A stretch of DNA of 55,186 nucleotides. It comes from Candidatus Geohabitans tengchongensis. GTDB taxonomy: Bacteria; Sysuimicrobiota; Sysuimicrobiia; Sysuimicrobiales; Humicultoraceae. Below the pieces are notes generated by a model. That model searched no databases and was not told the DNA's origin. It was given only the letters and a program-made list of their open reading frames with translations. Position 1 is the first letter of the stretch. Every line of letters begins with the position of its first letter. The stretch covers positions 1 to 55,186 of the forward strand of contig JAVKIH010000015.1 of NCBI GenBank assembly GCA_031459625.1, in the 5' to 3' direction. The translations under genes were made by a program, and so were the position numbers. This document shows positions 18,907 through 28,950 of this stretch, one piece after another.

Positions 18907-21900
18907 TCAGGAGGGTTTGTCGGCCGGAGGGACCGGGCCCACCACCCGGCGCAGCAGCGAGGAGGCCGGACCGAAAGCCTCGGCCAGCAGCTGCTCCAGG
19001 GCGTGCCGCTCGCGCTCGCCCTCCGCGTGGCGCGCCGAGGTCAGCAGGTCGCGCCGGCCGCCGTTGCCGGGCTCGAGCAGCCACCGCCCCTCCACCACTT
19101 CCCGCTGCACCACGCCCGCCTCGACCAGGGTCTCGAGCGCCGCCTCCACGGCGGGCAGGTCGAACCCGGCCGCCTGGAACGCCGCCGCGACCCCCTCGTC
19201 CGGCCAGCGCAGCGGGCCGGGGAGGTCGCGCAGGACCCGGTAGGCGGTGGCCAGGCGGGCGCGGGAGGGGAAGCGCGTCTCGAGCTGCGCGCGCCGCCGG
19301 GCGGCGTCGTCGAGGTGGTAGGCCAAGACGACGGTGGCCACACCGCCGTCGAGACCGGCGAGCGCGGCCGCCTCGGCGAGGCCCGCGCGGGTGAAGGGGA
19401 GGGTAGCCACGACGACCTGGCGGACGTCGGCGGGGGCAAGCGCTTCCGCAAGTCCCGCGGCCACGAGCACGGCCACCTTGCCATCCTGGAAGAGCTGGGC
19501 CACCACGCGGCGCACCCGCGGCGGGAGCCCCGGGTGGACGTAGGCGACGGACCGTCCCGCCTCGCGAAGGCGCCGGGCCAGCGCGACCGCTTCCTCAGGC
19601 GTGGCGGCCGCCACGACGGTCGGCCCTCCCCGCTCCGGGAGGGCAGCCAGCAGCGCCTCCCGGTCCGCACCGCGCCGGTCCACCAGCCGCAGGTTGGTAC
19701 GCCGGTAGCCGTCGTCGAGGAGGACCGCCTCCGGGCCCCCCGGGACCGGCGCCTGCGCCCACCAGAAGGTGAGGACCGGGGGAGACGCCCTGCCGGGCGA
19801 CAGCGGCAGCGGGGCAGCGGCGTCGTCGTCCACCACCTGGACCACGCCCCGCGGCGGCAGCAGGTCTCCCTCCCGGGCGACCCACTCGGCGCTCGCCACC
19901 ACGATCTCCGCCGTGCCGCGGGCCAGCGCCCGGGCCAGCCGCTGCCGCGCCCGGAACGACAGCGCCCCGTGCGCCGCGTCCACGCGCAATCCCACATCGC
20001 GCAGCACCGGCCGGTACATCTCCACCCAGGCGTCTACCTGGCTGGCCAGCGGCAGCACCAGCAGGACAGGCGTCCCCTGCCGCGCCGCCAGGGCCGCCGC
20101 CGCGGCGACCGCGGTGAGAGCGCCCCGCCGGCCCGGGCCGAGCGTCGTGACGGCCGGCCGCCCGGCCAGGGCGGCGGCCACCACCTGGCGCTGCAGGTCG
20201 CGGAAGGGGCGGCCGCCCTGAAGGTGGATGCGCAACTGCTCGAGCACGGCCCCCTCGTCGAGCTCCGCCCACCCCTTCCACAGCGGTGCGTCCGCCGGCG
20301 ACGGGTCCTCGCGCTGGATGTAGATGTTGAGGCCGAAGGGCCGGTCGCCGCCGCCGGTGCGCTGGGCGGCGGTGGCAGTGTAGCGCGCACCGGCGTCTAT
20401 CGACGGGGCCAGGCGGGCGGCCAGCGCGGCGCTGACGTACCCCAGGCGCTCCCCTCCGTCACGGCAGACCGCCACGGCGTGCGGGTCGTGCGGGTTGGCC
20501 GGCTCCCGGACCAGGCGCAACGGCTCGCCGGGGCGCACCTGCGCCACGAGCGCCTGCCGCCCCTCGAAGGTGACCCCCGCCACCTTGGTGTAGAAGGCTC
20601 CGGCGTCCTCGATCCCCCGCAGCGCCGGCCCCAGGTAGTCGTCGGCCCGGGCGAAGAGGCGCTCCAGGAGCAGCCGGCCGTCGGCCAGCACCGCCTCCAG
20701 GTCGAGGCCCGGGATGGCCAGGTCGCGCACCACCAGCGCCGCCCGCTCCTCCTCCCCCCAGCGGTCCACCTCCACCGTGCAGGCCAGGTCGAGCGGCGTG
20801 CCCGTGAAGGCCAGCACCTCGGCGGCATCGCCGCGGGCAAAGCCGATGGCCTCGACCGCGTGGCGGCCGTCGGTGAGGGTGAGGCGCAGGTGCCCCTCCC
20901 CCACCACCCGGGTGGCCAGGGGCCGGGCGCCGCGGACCACGAAGAGCGGCTCGGGGTGGCCGGCGCCGAAGGGGCCGAGGCGCTCCACCTCGCGCGCCAG
21001 CTGCGGGGTCACGTCCGCCAGCGCCACCTCCGCGTCGACGACGAGCTGGGGCAGGAGGTCCTCCGGGCGCAGGCGACGCCCGGCTTCCCGGAGGAAGCGC
21101 TCGCGGAAGGCGGGGATGCGCTCCGCGTCCACGGTGAGGCCCGCTGCCAGCGCGTGGCCGCCGTAGCGGGCCAGGAGGTCGGCGCACGCGCCCAGCGCCT
21201 CCACCATGGAGAGGGCCTCCACGCTGCGGGCGGAGCCGCGTCCTACGCCCTCCTCCACCGCAATCATCACCACCGGCCGGAGGTACCGCTCGCGCAGGTG
21301 CGCGGCGACGATGCCGACGACCCCTGGGTGCCACCCATCCGCGGCCAGCACGAGGGCGGGTGCCTGGGTCAGCCCTTCCGCCTCGACCCGCGCCACCGCC
21401 TCGGCCAGGACGCGGTCGCACAGCTCCTGCCGTCGCCGGTTTTCAGCGTCGAGCGCCGCCGCCAGCGCCGCGGCCTCCTCCGGGTCCTCCGTGGTGAGCA
21501 GGCGCACCGCCACCGCGGCGTCGGCCAGCCGCCCGGCGGCGTTGAGCCGCGGGGCCACCGCGAAGGCTACGTCGCGCGGCCGCACCGGGGCGCTCAAGCC
21601 GGCCTGGCGCAGCAGCGCGGCCAGCCCCAGCGTCGGCGCCGTCCCCAGCCGGGCCAGGCCGTGGCGCGCCAGCAGCCGGTTGTCTCCCACCAGAGGCACG
21701 ACGTCGGCGATGGTCCCCACCGCGGCCAGGTCGAGGAGATCCCAGGGTTCGTCCGCGCCCAGCAGGTGCGCCACCGCGCGGACCGCCTGGAAGGCCAGAC
21801 CGCAGGCGGCGTACGGGGTGACCGGGGGCTGGTCGCGCCGCTTCGGGTCGACCACCGCCAGCGCCTCGGGGAGGGCGGGTCCGGGCTCGTGGTGGTCCAG

Positions 21901-22398
21901 GACGATCACGTCGAGCCCTACCTGGCGGGCCAGCGCCACCTCGGCCAGCGCGGTGACGCCGCAGTCGACGGCCACCAGCACCCCCGGCCCGCCCAGCCGG
22001 GCGATGGCCCCGGCGTGCAGGCCGTACCCCTCCACCGCCCGTCGGGGGACGAAGGCCTCGACCGCGCCACCCAGACGGTGCAGGCCACGCACCAGGATGG
22101 CCGTGGCGGTGACCCCGTCGGCGTCGTAGTCGCCGTAGACGATCAGGCGCTCTCCCGCGCGCACGGCGCGGGCCAGGCGCGCGGCGGCGACCTCCAGGTC
22201 GCGCAGCGCCGCGGGGGGCGCGAGGTCCGCGAGCGGAGCGGCCAGCCACCGTTCCGCCGCCGCCGGGTCGGTGATGCCACGGGCCACCAGCACGCGCGCG
22301 GTGGGGAGGGTCAGGCCGAGGGTCTCGGCCAAGCGTGCGGCCGCCGCCGGGTCTCCCGGCCGGAGGATCCAGCGGGCGGGAGGGCGGAGCGCCGGCAC
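18907..22398 (-). CDS. recJ: RecJ exonuclease fused to HIRAN and degenerate SF2 helicase-like domains
   Basis: GDYDADG, DHH, PRLNAAGR, GGH; FYTKVAGVTF..REPANPHDPHAV (HIRAN); HPGLP..LFQDGKVAVLVA (helicase C-like). Confidence 0.9.
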   Translation of the reverse strand: MPALRPPARWILRPGDPAAAARLAETLGLTLPTARVLVARGITDPAAAERWLAAPLADLAPPAALRDLEVAAARLARAVRAGERLIVYGDYDADGVTATAILVRGLHRLGGAVEAFVPRRAVEGYGLHAGAIARLGGPGVLVAVDCGVTALAEVALARQVGLDVIVLDHHEPGPALPEALAVVDPKRRDQPPVTPYAACGLAFQAVRAVAHLLGADEPWDLLDLAAVGTIADVVPLVGDNRLLARHGLARLGTAPTLGLAALLRQAGLSAPVRPRDVAFAVAPRLNAAGRLADAAVAVRLLTTEDPEEAAALAAALDAENRRRQELCDRVLAEAVARVEAEGLTQAPALVLAADGWHPGVVGIVAAHLRERYLRPVVMIAVEEGVGRGSARSVEALSMVEALGACADLLARYGGHALAAGLTVDAERIPAFRERFLREAGRRLRPEDLLPQLVVDAEVALADVTPQLAREVERLGPFGAGHPEPLFVVRGARPLATRVVGEGHLRLTLTDGRHAVEAIGFARGDAAEVLAFTGTPLDLACTVEVDRWGEEERAALVVRDLAIPGLDLEAVLADGRLLLERLFARADDYLGPALRGIEDAGAFYTKVAGVTFEGRQALVAQVRPGEPLRLVREPANPHDPHAVAVCRDGGERLGYVSAALAARLAPSIDAGARYTATAAQRTGGGDRPFGLNIYIQREDPSPADAPLWKGWAELDEGAVLEQLRIHLQGGRPFRDLQRQVVAAALAGRPAVTTLGPGRRGALTAVAAAAALAARQGTPVLLVLPLASQVDAWVEMYRPVLRDVGLRVDAAHGALSFRARQRLARALARGTAEIVVASAEWVAREGDLLPPRGVVQVVDDDAAAPLPLSPGRASPPVLTFWWAQAPVPGGPEAVLLDDGYRRTNLRLVDRRGADREALLAALPERGGPTVVAAATPEEAVALARRLREAGRSVAYVHPGLPPRVRRVVAQLFQDGKVAVLVAAGLAEALAPADVRQVVVATLPFTRAGLAEAAALAGLDGGVATVVLAYHLDDAARRRAQLETRFPSRARLATAYRVLRDLPGPLRWPDEGVAAAFQAAGFDLPAVEAALETLVEAGVVQREVVEGRWLLEPGNGGRRDLLTSARHAEGERERHALEQLLAEAFGPASSLLRRVVGPVPPADKPS

Positions 22399-22403
22399 GC
22401 CGG

Positions 22404-22718
22404 TCAGGAGCGGGGCAGGCGCTGGGTCTCGTCCGCCGGGGCGGCCATGGCGGGGCGCTCGCGTTCCCCCTCGCGCCGCTCCAGCTCGCGCAGTCGCGCC
22501 TCGGCGGCGCGCAGGCGGCGGCGCAGGTCGCGCTGCGCCAGCAGGCTGACGACGTAGACCACCAACCCTCCGACCACGGCGGCGACGATGGTGGCCAGGG
22601 CCAGCGAGGTCCCGGCGGACCAGAACAGGAAGGTGAGCACGACCGGCTGCGGGTTCTGCACGGCGAAGACCGTGACCGCCACCATGAGCAGGAGGGCCAC
22701 GATCAGCAGACCCTGCAC
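22404..22718 (-). CDS. LapA-family (DUF1049) membrane protein
   Basis: FAVQNPQPVVLTFLFW, two TM helices plus coiled coil. Confidence 0.8.
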   Translation of the reverse strand: MQGLLIVALLLMVAVTVFAVQNPQPVVLTFLFWSAGTSLALATIVAAVVGGLVVYVVSLLAQRDLRRRLRAAEARLRELERREGERERPAMAAPADETQRLPRS

Positions 22719-22778
22719 GCCCTCACCTCCCTCCACGGCGGCGCGTCCCGGCCGGTGTCCCGGCGCGGCGGCATGCCC

Positions 22779-23780
22779 TCACCGGCGCCGCCGTCGGCGC
22801 TGCCGCGCCGGTTCCGTGTGCAGGCGGGCGGGCGCAGGCGCCGCCCCCACCGCCGCCGCCTTCGCCGCTGGGGGCGTCTCCACGGCGGGCCGGGCCGCCG
22901 GAGACCGCCCGGCCCGCCGCTCCGCCCACAGGTGCCACTCCACCAGCAGCGGGCTGGCCACGAAGATGGAGGAGTACGTGCCCGTGACCACGCCGGCCCC
23001 CAGCCCGAAGATGAAGTCCCGCAGCGTCGGCCCACCGTAGAAGTACAGGATGAGCAGGGCGATGATGGCGCCGAAGCCGGTGGTCAGCGAGCGGACCAGC
23101 ACCTCCAGGATCGACCGGTTCACCAGGCGCGGGAACGGCTCCCGCGTGCGCAGCTGCTGGTTCTCGCGGATGCGGTCCAGGATGACCACCGTGTCGTTGA
23201 TGGAGTAGCCCACCACCGTGAGCAGCACGGCCACGAAGGAGGAGTCCACCGTGCGGCGCGTGAGGGCGTACAGCCCCAGGACGATGAGCAGGTCGTGGAC
23301 CAGCGCCACGTCGGCGGCCAGGGCGAAGCGCACCGACCGGAAGCGCCAGGTGATGTAGAGGACCTGCAGGGCCAGCCCGACCAGGACCGCCACCACCGCC
23401 TGCCGCCGCAGCTCCTGGCCGATGCGGGGGCCGACGCGCTCCGCCCGCAACACCTGCGCGCCGCCGTACTGGGCGGAGAAGGCGCGCTGGAGGCGGGCCA
23501 CCTCGGCCTCCTCCAGGACGCGGGTGCGGATGAGCACCTCGCGGGGCCGGTCCCCGGCCTTCTGGATCTGCGCCTCCTCCAGCCCGAACCCACCCAGGGT
23601 GGCGCGCACCTCCGCCAGCGATGCCTCGCGCCCCAGCTGGAGGTCGAGCAGGGTCCCGCCGGTGAAATCGATGCCGAAGTCGATCCCCCAGGCGGCGATG
23701 CCCACTAGCCCCGCGACGATGACGAGCGCGGAGAGGAGGTAGCCCCAGCGCCGGTTGCCGATGAGGTCCCAGGTGCGCAC
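22779..23780 (-). CDS. secF: Protein translocase subunit SecF
   Basis: GIDFTGG, HD, GYSINDTVVILDRIREN, GTYSSIFVA. Confidence 0.95.
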   Translation of the reverse strand: MRTWDLIGNRRWGYLLSALVIVAGLVGIAAWGIDFGIDFTGGTLLDLQLGREASLAEVRATLGGFGLEEAQIQKAGDRPREVLIRTRVLEEAEVARLQRAFSAQYGGAQVLRAERVGPRIGQELRRQAVVAVLVGLALQVLYITWRFRSVRFALAADVALVHDLLIVLGLYALTRRTVDSSFVAVLLTVVGYSINDTVVILDRIRENQQLRTREPFPRLVNRSILEVLVRSLTTGFGAIIALLILYFYGGPTLRDFIFGLGAGVVTGTYSSIFVASPLLVEWHLWAERRAGRSPAARPAVETPPAAKAAAVGAAPAPARLHTEPARQRRRRRR

Positions 23781-23789
23781 GGTCCTCCC

Positions 23790-25121
23790 CTACAGCCCGA
23801 AGCGCAGGTATCGGTCGAGCGGCGGGCGCGCCGCCGTGTCGACCAGCACCCGGGTGACCAGGATGGCGGTGACCATGCTGATGAGCACGCCCAGGAAGAG
23901 CGTGGTGGCGAAGCCCTTGATCGGGCCGGTGCCGAGCGCGAAGAGCACGGCCGCCCCCACGAGCGTCGTGACGTTGGAGTCGAGGATGGCCGACCAGGCC
24001 CGGCTCCACCCCGACTGGATGGCGGCGCGCAGGGTCTTGCCGCTGCGCAGCTCCTCCTTCACCCGCTCGAAGATCAGAACGTTGGCGTCGATGGCCATCC
24101 CCACCGAGATGACGAAGGCGGCGATCCCCGGCAGGGTCATGGTGGCGTTGAGCGCGGTCAGGGCGGCGAAGAGGAAGAGGGCGTAGAGCAGCAAGGCCAG
24201 GTCGGCCAGCGCTCCCGGGAGACGGTAGAGGACCACCATGAAGGTGACCACCAGCACCACGGCCACCGCGCCGGCGCGCAGGCTCAGGTCGAGGGAGTCC
24301 CGCCCCAGCGTGGGCCCGACCGTGCGCCGCTCCACGACCTCCACCGGCACAGGGAGGGCCCCGGCGCGCAACAGAACGGCCAGGTCGCGCGCCTCGGTGA
24401 TGTCGGCGAACCCGCCGCTGATTTGCCCCTGCCCGCCGGGGATGCGGTCGCGGATCACCGGGGAGGAGATGACCCGGTTGTCCAGCACGATGGTGAGGTA
24501 GCGGCCGATGTTCCGCGCCGTGTGCTCCTCGAAGGTGCGGGCGGCCGAGCTCTTGAACCGGAAGTTCACCACCGGCTCCCCGGTGGCCACCTGCCCCTCG
24601 GCGAAGCCCGCCTGGGCGTCGGCCAGGTCGGCCCCGGTGAGGATGACCCGCTTGCGCAGCGGCAGGGTCCGCCCGTCCGGCAGCGTCACCACCGTCCCGG
24701 CGGCGTTCCAGCGGGCCCCCTCCGGGAGGGAGCGGTCACCGGTGTCCACGAACTCCAGGAGGGCCGTCTGGCCGATCAGGCGGATGGCCCGCTCGGGGTC
24801 CCCGACCCCCGGCAGCTCGACGATGATCCGCCGGTCACCCACGCGCTGGATGGTCGGCTCGACCACGCCCAGCTGGTCGATGCGCGCCTCGATGCGCCGC
24901 ATGGCCGCGTCGACCACCTCGGGCGTGGCCCGGACCTGCGGCGTGTCGCGGGCCTCCAGGACGAGGCGGCTGCCGCCCTGCAGGTCCAGGCCCAGGTTCA
25001 CGCGCAACGCCGGCGGGCGCAGGCGCGGGCGGTACCCCTGGAGCTCCAGGGGGGCAAAGGCGACCTGGAAGGCCAGCAGGGCCAGGGCGAGGACGATGAG
25101 GAGACGCCACGTCCGGGACAC
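23790..25121 (-). CDS. secD: Protein translocase subunit SecD
   Basis: LGLDLQGG, AGALP, GMAIDANVLIFER, DSNVTT; GTG start with AAGGAG. Confidence 0.95.
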   Translation of the reverse strand: MSRTWRLLIVLALALLAFQVAFAPLELQGYRPRLRPPALRVNLGLDLQGGSRLVLEARDTPQVRATPEVVDAAMRRIEARIDQLGVVEPTIQRVGDRRIIVELPGVGDPERAIRLIGQTALLEFVDTGDRSLPEGARWNAAGTVVTLPDGRTLPLRKRVILTGADLADAQAGFAEGQVATGEPVVNFRFKSSAARTFEEHTARNIGRYLTIVLDNRVISSPVIRDRIPGGQGQISGGFADITEARDLAVLLRAGALPVPVEVVERRTVGPTLGRDSLDLSLRAGAVAVVLVVTFMVVLYRLPGALADLALLLYALFLFAALTALNATMTLPGIAAFVISVGMAIDANVLIFERVKEELRSGKTLRAAIQSGWSRAWSAILDSNVTTLVGAAVLFALGTGPIKGFATTLFLGVLISMVTAILVTRVLVDTAARPPLDRYLRFGL

Positions 25122-25315
25122 GTCACCGGCTCCTTTGTCTGCATGTGACCGGCTCGCGGGCCCGCTGCCGGGCGCAAAAAAGCGGACGTCGTGGCGGCGA
25201 CCGGCGTCCCTCCGGCGGGGACCGAGGACCCCGCCGGGCGCCGAAGGCCCCACGCGGGTCCGCGCGACCACTCGTCCGGCCGTCCCGGGACATCCCTGGA
25301 CGGCAATCCGGCTGC

Positions 25316-25325
25316 ATTATACCAT
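25316..25325. promoter_or_regulatory. Overlapping divergent -10 elements (secD and DUF72)
   Basis: TGgTATAAT on minus (core 25316-21) overlaps TACCAT on plus (25320-25), which lies 9 nt before the DUF72 ATG. Confidence 0.6.
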
Positions 25326-25334
25326 GGCGGTGAC

Positions 25335-26360
25335 ATGACGCTCTTCCCCGAGGTCGACGGCGCGCCGGCCTCTCCCCTCCGCCTCGGCGACTGCGCGGTG
25401 TACACCGGGACCTGCTCCTGGGCCGATCCCAGCTTCGTGCAGAGCGACTTCTACCCGGAGGCGGTGCGGACCCGGCCGCGCGCCCGGCTGCAGTACTACG
25501 CCTCGGTCTTCCCCACGGTGGAGGTGGACGCCACCTACCACGCGCTGCAGCCGGCGGAGCGGGCGGTGCAGTGGGTGGAGACGGTGCCGGAGCCCTTCCT
25601 CTTCAACATCAAGGCCTTCGCCTGGCTCACCTGGCACGACAGTGACCCGGCGCGGCTGCCACGGGAGATCTTCGTGCTGCTGCCGCGGCCGCTCCAGGTG
25701 GAGAAGCGCCTGGCGCCGAGCCGCCTCCCCGAGGAGATCGTCACCAGCGTGTGGGACTACTTCGCCGCCTTCATCGACGCCCTGCGGTTGCGCGAGCGGC
25801 TGGGCTACGTCCTCTTCCAGTTCCCCAAGGGGTTGGGCTACACGCCGGAGCTCTTCACCTACCTGGACGCCTGGGAGCTGTACCTGCAGAACTGGCCGGT
25901 GGCGATCGAGGTGCGGCACCGCGAGTGGTACCAGGGCAAGGCCCGCGCCATGCTGCTGGGCTACCTGCGCGAGCACGGCTTCGCCCACGTCATCGCCGAC
26001 ATGGCCCCGGTGCGCTACCTCCCCGAGCCGCTGGTCGAGGTGACCGCCGACTGGTCGGTGGTGCGCTTCCACGGGCGCAACCCGGCCCTGGCCGAGAAGG
26101 GGGTCTCCACCCAGCAGGCCTACGACTACCTGTACACGCCCGAGGAGCTCCGCCCCTGGGCGGAGACGGCCGAGCGGCTGGCTGCGGACGTGCGGCGGCT
26201 CTACCTGATGTTCAACAACCACGCGCGGGGCCAGTCCGCCCGCAACGCGCGGGAGCTGCAGCTCCTGCTGCAGGAGCGTGCGGCCGGGGCGCGCCCGCGC
26301 TCGGAGGTCGGCGAGCCCACCCAGCCCGGCCTCACCCCGTCGCTCGGCGATCCCGCCTGA
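25335..26360 (+). CDS. DUF72 (YecE-like) protein
   Basis: GTCSW, TVEVDATYH, LFQFP, AIEVRH, VRFHGRN, YDYLY, FNNH. Confidence 0.9.
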   Translation: MTLFPEVDGAPASPLRLGDCAVYTGTCSWADPSFVQSDFYPEAVRTRPRARLQYYASVFPTVEVDATYHALQPAERAVQWVETVPEPFLFNIKAFAWLTWHDSDPARLPREIFVLLPRPLQVEKRLAPSRLPEEIVTSVWDYFAAFIDALRLRERLGYVLFQFPKGLGYTPELFTYLDAWELYLQNWPVAIEVRHREWYQGKARAMLLGYLREHGFAHVIADMAPVRYLPEPLVEVTADWSVVRFHGRNPALAEKGVSTQQAYDYLYTPEELRPWAETAERLAADVRRLYLMFNNHARGQSARNARELQLLLQERAAGARPRSEVGEPTQPGLTPSLGDPA

Positions 26361-28584
26361 GCGGCGCCCAGACCTCCCGGCGCAGCCGGGCCCGGTCATA
26401 GCCGAGCGGCTCCAGCACCGTCTCCGCCGCCCGGAGCAGCAGGTCGGCGTAGTACTCCACGTCCGGGCTCCAGTCCGTCCCCACCAGCGCCAGCGGCCGC
26501 ACCCGCTCCTCCGGGATCCGGGCGCGACGGTCTACCACGACGTACCGGACCGCCTCGCCGGGGTGGAGGCGGACCCGGCTGCGGGCCAGCGCCCGCGCCG
26601 CCAGGGCCACGGGGTGGTGGCTGCGGTAGGCCTCCGGTGCCTGGGAGAGGGTGGTGGTGAGGGCCAGGGCGGATGCGGGGACCGACCCCTCGCGCAGCTG
26701 CACCAGCGCCTCCGCCAGCACTGCCAGGGCCCGGGGGACGAGCCGGCGCAGCTCCGCCAGGTCGCGGGCCTGGACGAGCACCTGCAGGAGGGCCTCCTGG
26801 GTCTCGACGACCAGCGGGGGGACGTCCGAGCGGCGCACCTCGATCCCGCGCACCTTCGTGGTCCCGTCGGTGAAGACCCCCAGGTACCGGTTGGGCACCC
26901 CGACCCCGGGGTGGGTGCGCGCGGGGAGGAAGGCGATCCAGCGGTAGAGCCCCTCGACGAAGATGGGGAGCCCGGTGGCGCGCTCGACCTCCCGGGCGAG
27001 CGCCGCGTACGCCTCGGGACCGGCCCCGGGACGCTGCAGCCACATCGCGTCCACCAGGGCGTGGAGCAGGCGGAAGCCTTGTGCCTCAGCCACCTCCTTG
27101 GCCCGCAGCAGCATCTCCCGGGCGAAGGCGGTCGTCGCCTCGTGCGCCTCGATCCGCCCGAAGCGGGCGTTGCGGTAGCCGAGGTAACCGAAGCTGCAGA
27201 CCAGGCACCACTTCAGGGCCGTCTGCCGCTGGTCGTACAGCGCCCGCGCGGGACCGGTGGTCTCGGCGCGCCGCCGCTTGTAGTAAGCGCGCCGCGCCAG
27301 CAGCGGCTCCAGCACGGCCGGCACGAGCCCCTGCCGCCGCCGGCAGACCCGGTGCCCGATCTCCGGCACGGGGCGCCCCGCCGCCCCGCAGCAGGCGCAG
27401 TTCACCGTCTCGGGGGAGAGGTTAAAGCGCGCCATCATCGTCGGGTACATCGAGGCGAAGTCCAGCTCGCCCACCCCCTCGAAGACGCCCACGAGCGGCT
27501 GGTAGGCCAGACCGCCCTTGTCGGTGGTGAGCAGCTCGGCGGCGGTCTTGAACGCCTCCGGCTCGCGCTTGTGCCAGGGGACGAGCACGCCCTGCGCCAC
27601 CGCCCGGTCGACCTGCATCGAGGAGATGGCCGTCCCCACCGAGGTCCGGGCCAGAGACTGGACGGGCAGGCGCGCCAGACGGGCGATCTCCAACAGGCCC
27701 CCCAGCTCGGATTCGCTGAACAGGAAGGAGTTCTGCAGGTCGATGTGCCACCGCCCGGCCAGCATCTGTGCGCCGGCGGTGTGTACCGTCTGGCCGTAGG
27801 TGACGTAGGAGCGGGCGCGCCGCGTGCGCACGGCGGCGTGCGGGTCGCGGTTGAGCGCCAGGGGGATGCCGATGGCCCGGCTCAGCCGCCGCAGGCGCGG
27901 CAGCAGGAAGGCGTCCCCCCACTCGGTCAGGAGCAGGTCGGGGTCGTAGCGCTGCAGCATCCGGTTGAGGCTGTGCAGCAGGTCCTCCGGCCGCTCGCCG
28001 CTCACCACCACGTGCTCGCCCGGGACGGCGATCTCCAGCTCCCCTGGACGGCCGTGCCCCGGGTGGACCGGGTCCCCACTCAGGCGGAGGTGCATGGTGA
28101 CCAGCGGCGGCACCGCGTACTCCAGGTCCTCGGGGCTGTCCAGGGGGTGGATCGCCCGCAGGCGGCCGTCGGCCACCTCGACCTCGTAGCGGCCCAGCGG
28201 GAAGAGCCGCGTCTCGTAGAGGTAGAGCTGCGGGAGCCCGATGTCGCAGGAGAAGAGGGTGAGGCCCGGCAGGCGGCCGGCCACCTCCACGGCCCGCGGC
28301 AGGAGGAGCGGGCGGTGGACGGCCACCCGCACCACAGGGAGCTCCGCCCCGGAGAGGAGCTCCTGGCGCCGGGTGGGCTCCAGGTCGGCGGCGATCCCGG
28401 CCCGGGCGAGCGTCGGCCCCAGGTGGGCCAGGCGGGCGCGGGGCCCGGTCACGTAGAAGGCCGGCCGGTAGAGGGTCCGGGCGACGTGCGGGTGGCCCGC
28501 TTCGTCGAGGAACCACAGCACCATCCCCGCGGCGTCAGGGTAGACGTCGAAGAGCCAGCCGCGGAACGCCCGGCGGCCGGTCAC
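26332..28584 (-). CDS. B-family DNA polymerase, PolB2 (Dpo2-like) group
   Basis: Motif A DFASMYP, motif B KWCLVCSFGYLG, variant motif C HALVDAMW, NRYLG, KVRGIEVRRSD; exonuclease motifs degenerate. Confidence 0.88.
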   Translation of the reverse strand: MTGRRAFRGWLFDVYPDAAGMVLWFLDEAGHPHVARTLYRPAFYVTGPRARLAHLGPTLARAGIAADLEPTRRQELLSGAELPVVRVAVHRPLLLPRAVEVAGRLPGLTLFSCDIGLPQLYLYETRLFPLGRYEVEVADGRLRAIHPLDSPEDLEYAVPPLVTMHLRLSGDPVHPGHGRPGELEIAVPGEHVVVSGERPEDLLHSLNRMLQRYDPDLLLTEWGDAFLLPRLRRLSRAIGIPLALNRDPHAAVRTRRARSYVTYGQTVHTAGAQMLAGRWHIDLQNSFLFSESELGGLLEIARLARLPVQSLARTSVGTAISSMQVDRAVAQGVLVPWHKREPEAFKTAAELLTTDKGGLAYQPLVGVFEGVGELDFASMYPTMMARFNLSPETVNCACCGAAGRPVPEIGHRVCRRRQGLVPAVLEPLLARRAYYKRRRAETTGPARALYDQRQTALKWCLVCSFGYLGYRNARFGRIEAHEATTAFAREMLLRAKEVAEAQGFRLLHALVDAMWLQRPGAGPEAYAALAREVERATGLPIFVEGLYRWIAFLPARTHPGVGVPNRYLGVFTDGTTKVRGIEVRRSDVPPLVVETQEALLQVLVQARDLAELRRLVPRALAVLAEALVQLREGSVPASALALTTTLSQAPEAYRSHHPVALAARALARSRVRLHPGEAVRYVVVDRRARIPEERVRPLALVGTDWSPDVEYYADLLLRAAETVLEPLGYDRARLRREVWAPLRRDRRATG

Positions 28585-28590
28585 GCCGTT

Positions 28591-28929
28591 TCACCCGTCC
28601 GCGCCGATGGGCAGGGCCACCTGCTCGCCGGCAGGCGGGCGCAGCGCCTCCGCCTCCTTGTCGTGCGCGGCCAGCAGCTCCGCCAGGTCGGCCAGGCGGC
28701 GCTCGTGGCTCACCACGGCCTTCGCCACCTCGAGGAGCATCGCCAGCAGGATGGTCTCGAAAGGGGAGGCGTGCGACTGGTAGGCGCCGGCGGCGGCGTG
28801 GTGCCGGGCGGCGCTGAAGAGGCGGTCCAGGACCTCCTGGTCTTCCCGCCGGAGGGCCCGGCGGAACCGGCTGAAGGCGGCCAGCTCCTGGTCGACCAGC
28901 TGGGTCATCGTGGCCACGGTGCGTCCCAT
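28591..28929 (-). CDS. PolB2-associated small protein (PPB2/arCOG07300-like)
   Basis: MGRTVAT..FRRALRREDQ..PFETILLAMLLE; lies between the iRadA-like gene and polB2. Confidence 0.8.
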   Translation of the reverse strand: MGRTVATMTQLVDQELAAFSRFRRALRREDQEVLDRLFSAARHHAAAGAYQSHASPFETILLAMLLEVAKAVVSHERRLADLAELLAAHDKEAEALRPPAGEQVALPIGADG

Positions 28930-28950
28930 CGATCCTCCTCCCACCACCGT

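Noticed and set aside
19003..22557. Very long plus-strand ORFs (also 26278-29256, 39220-42057, 47844-51116, 15305-17704)
   Set aside because: They are antisense shadows of real genes in high-GC DNA and show no recognisable motifs.
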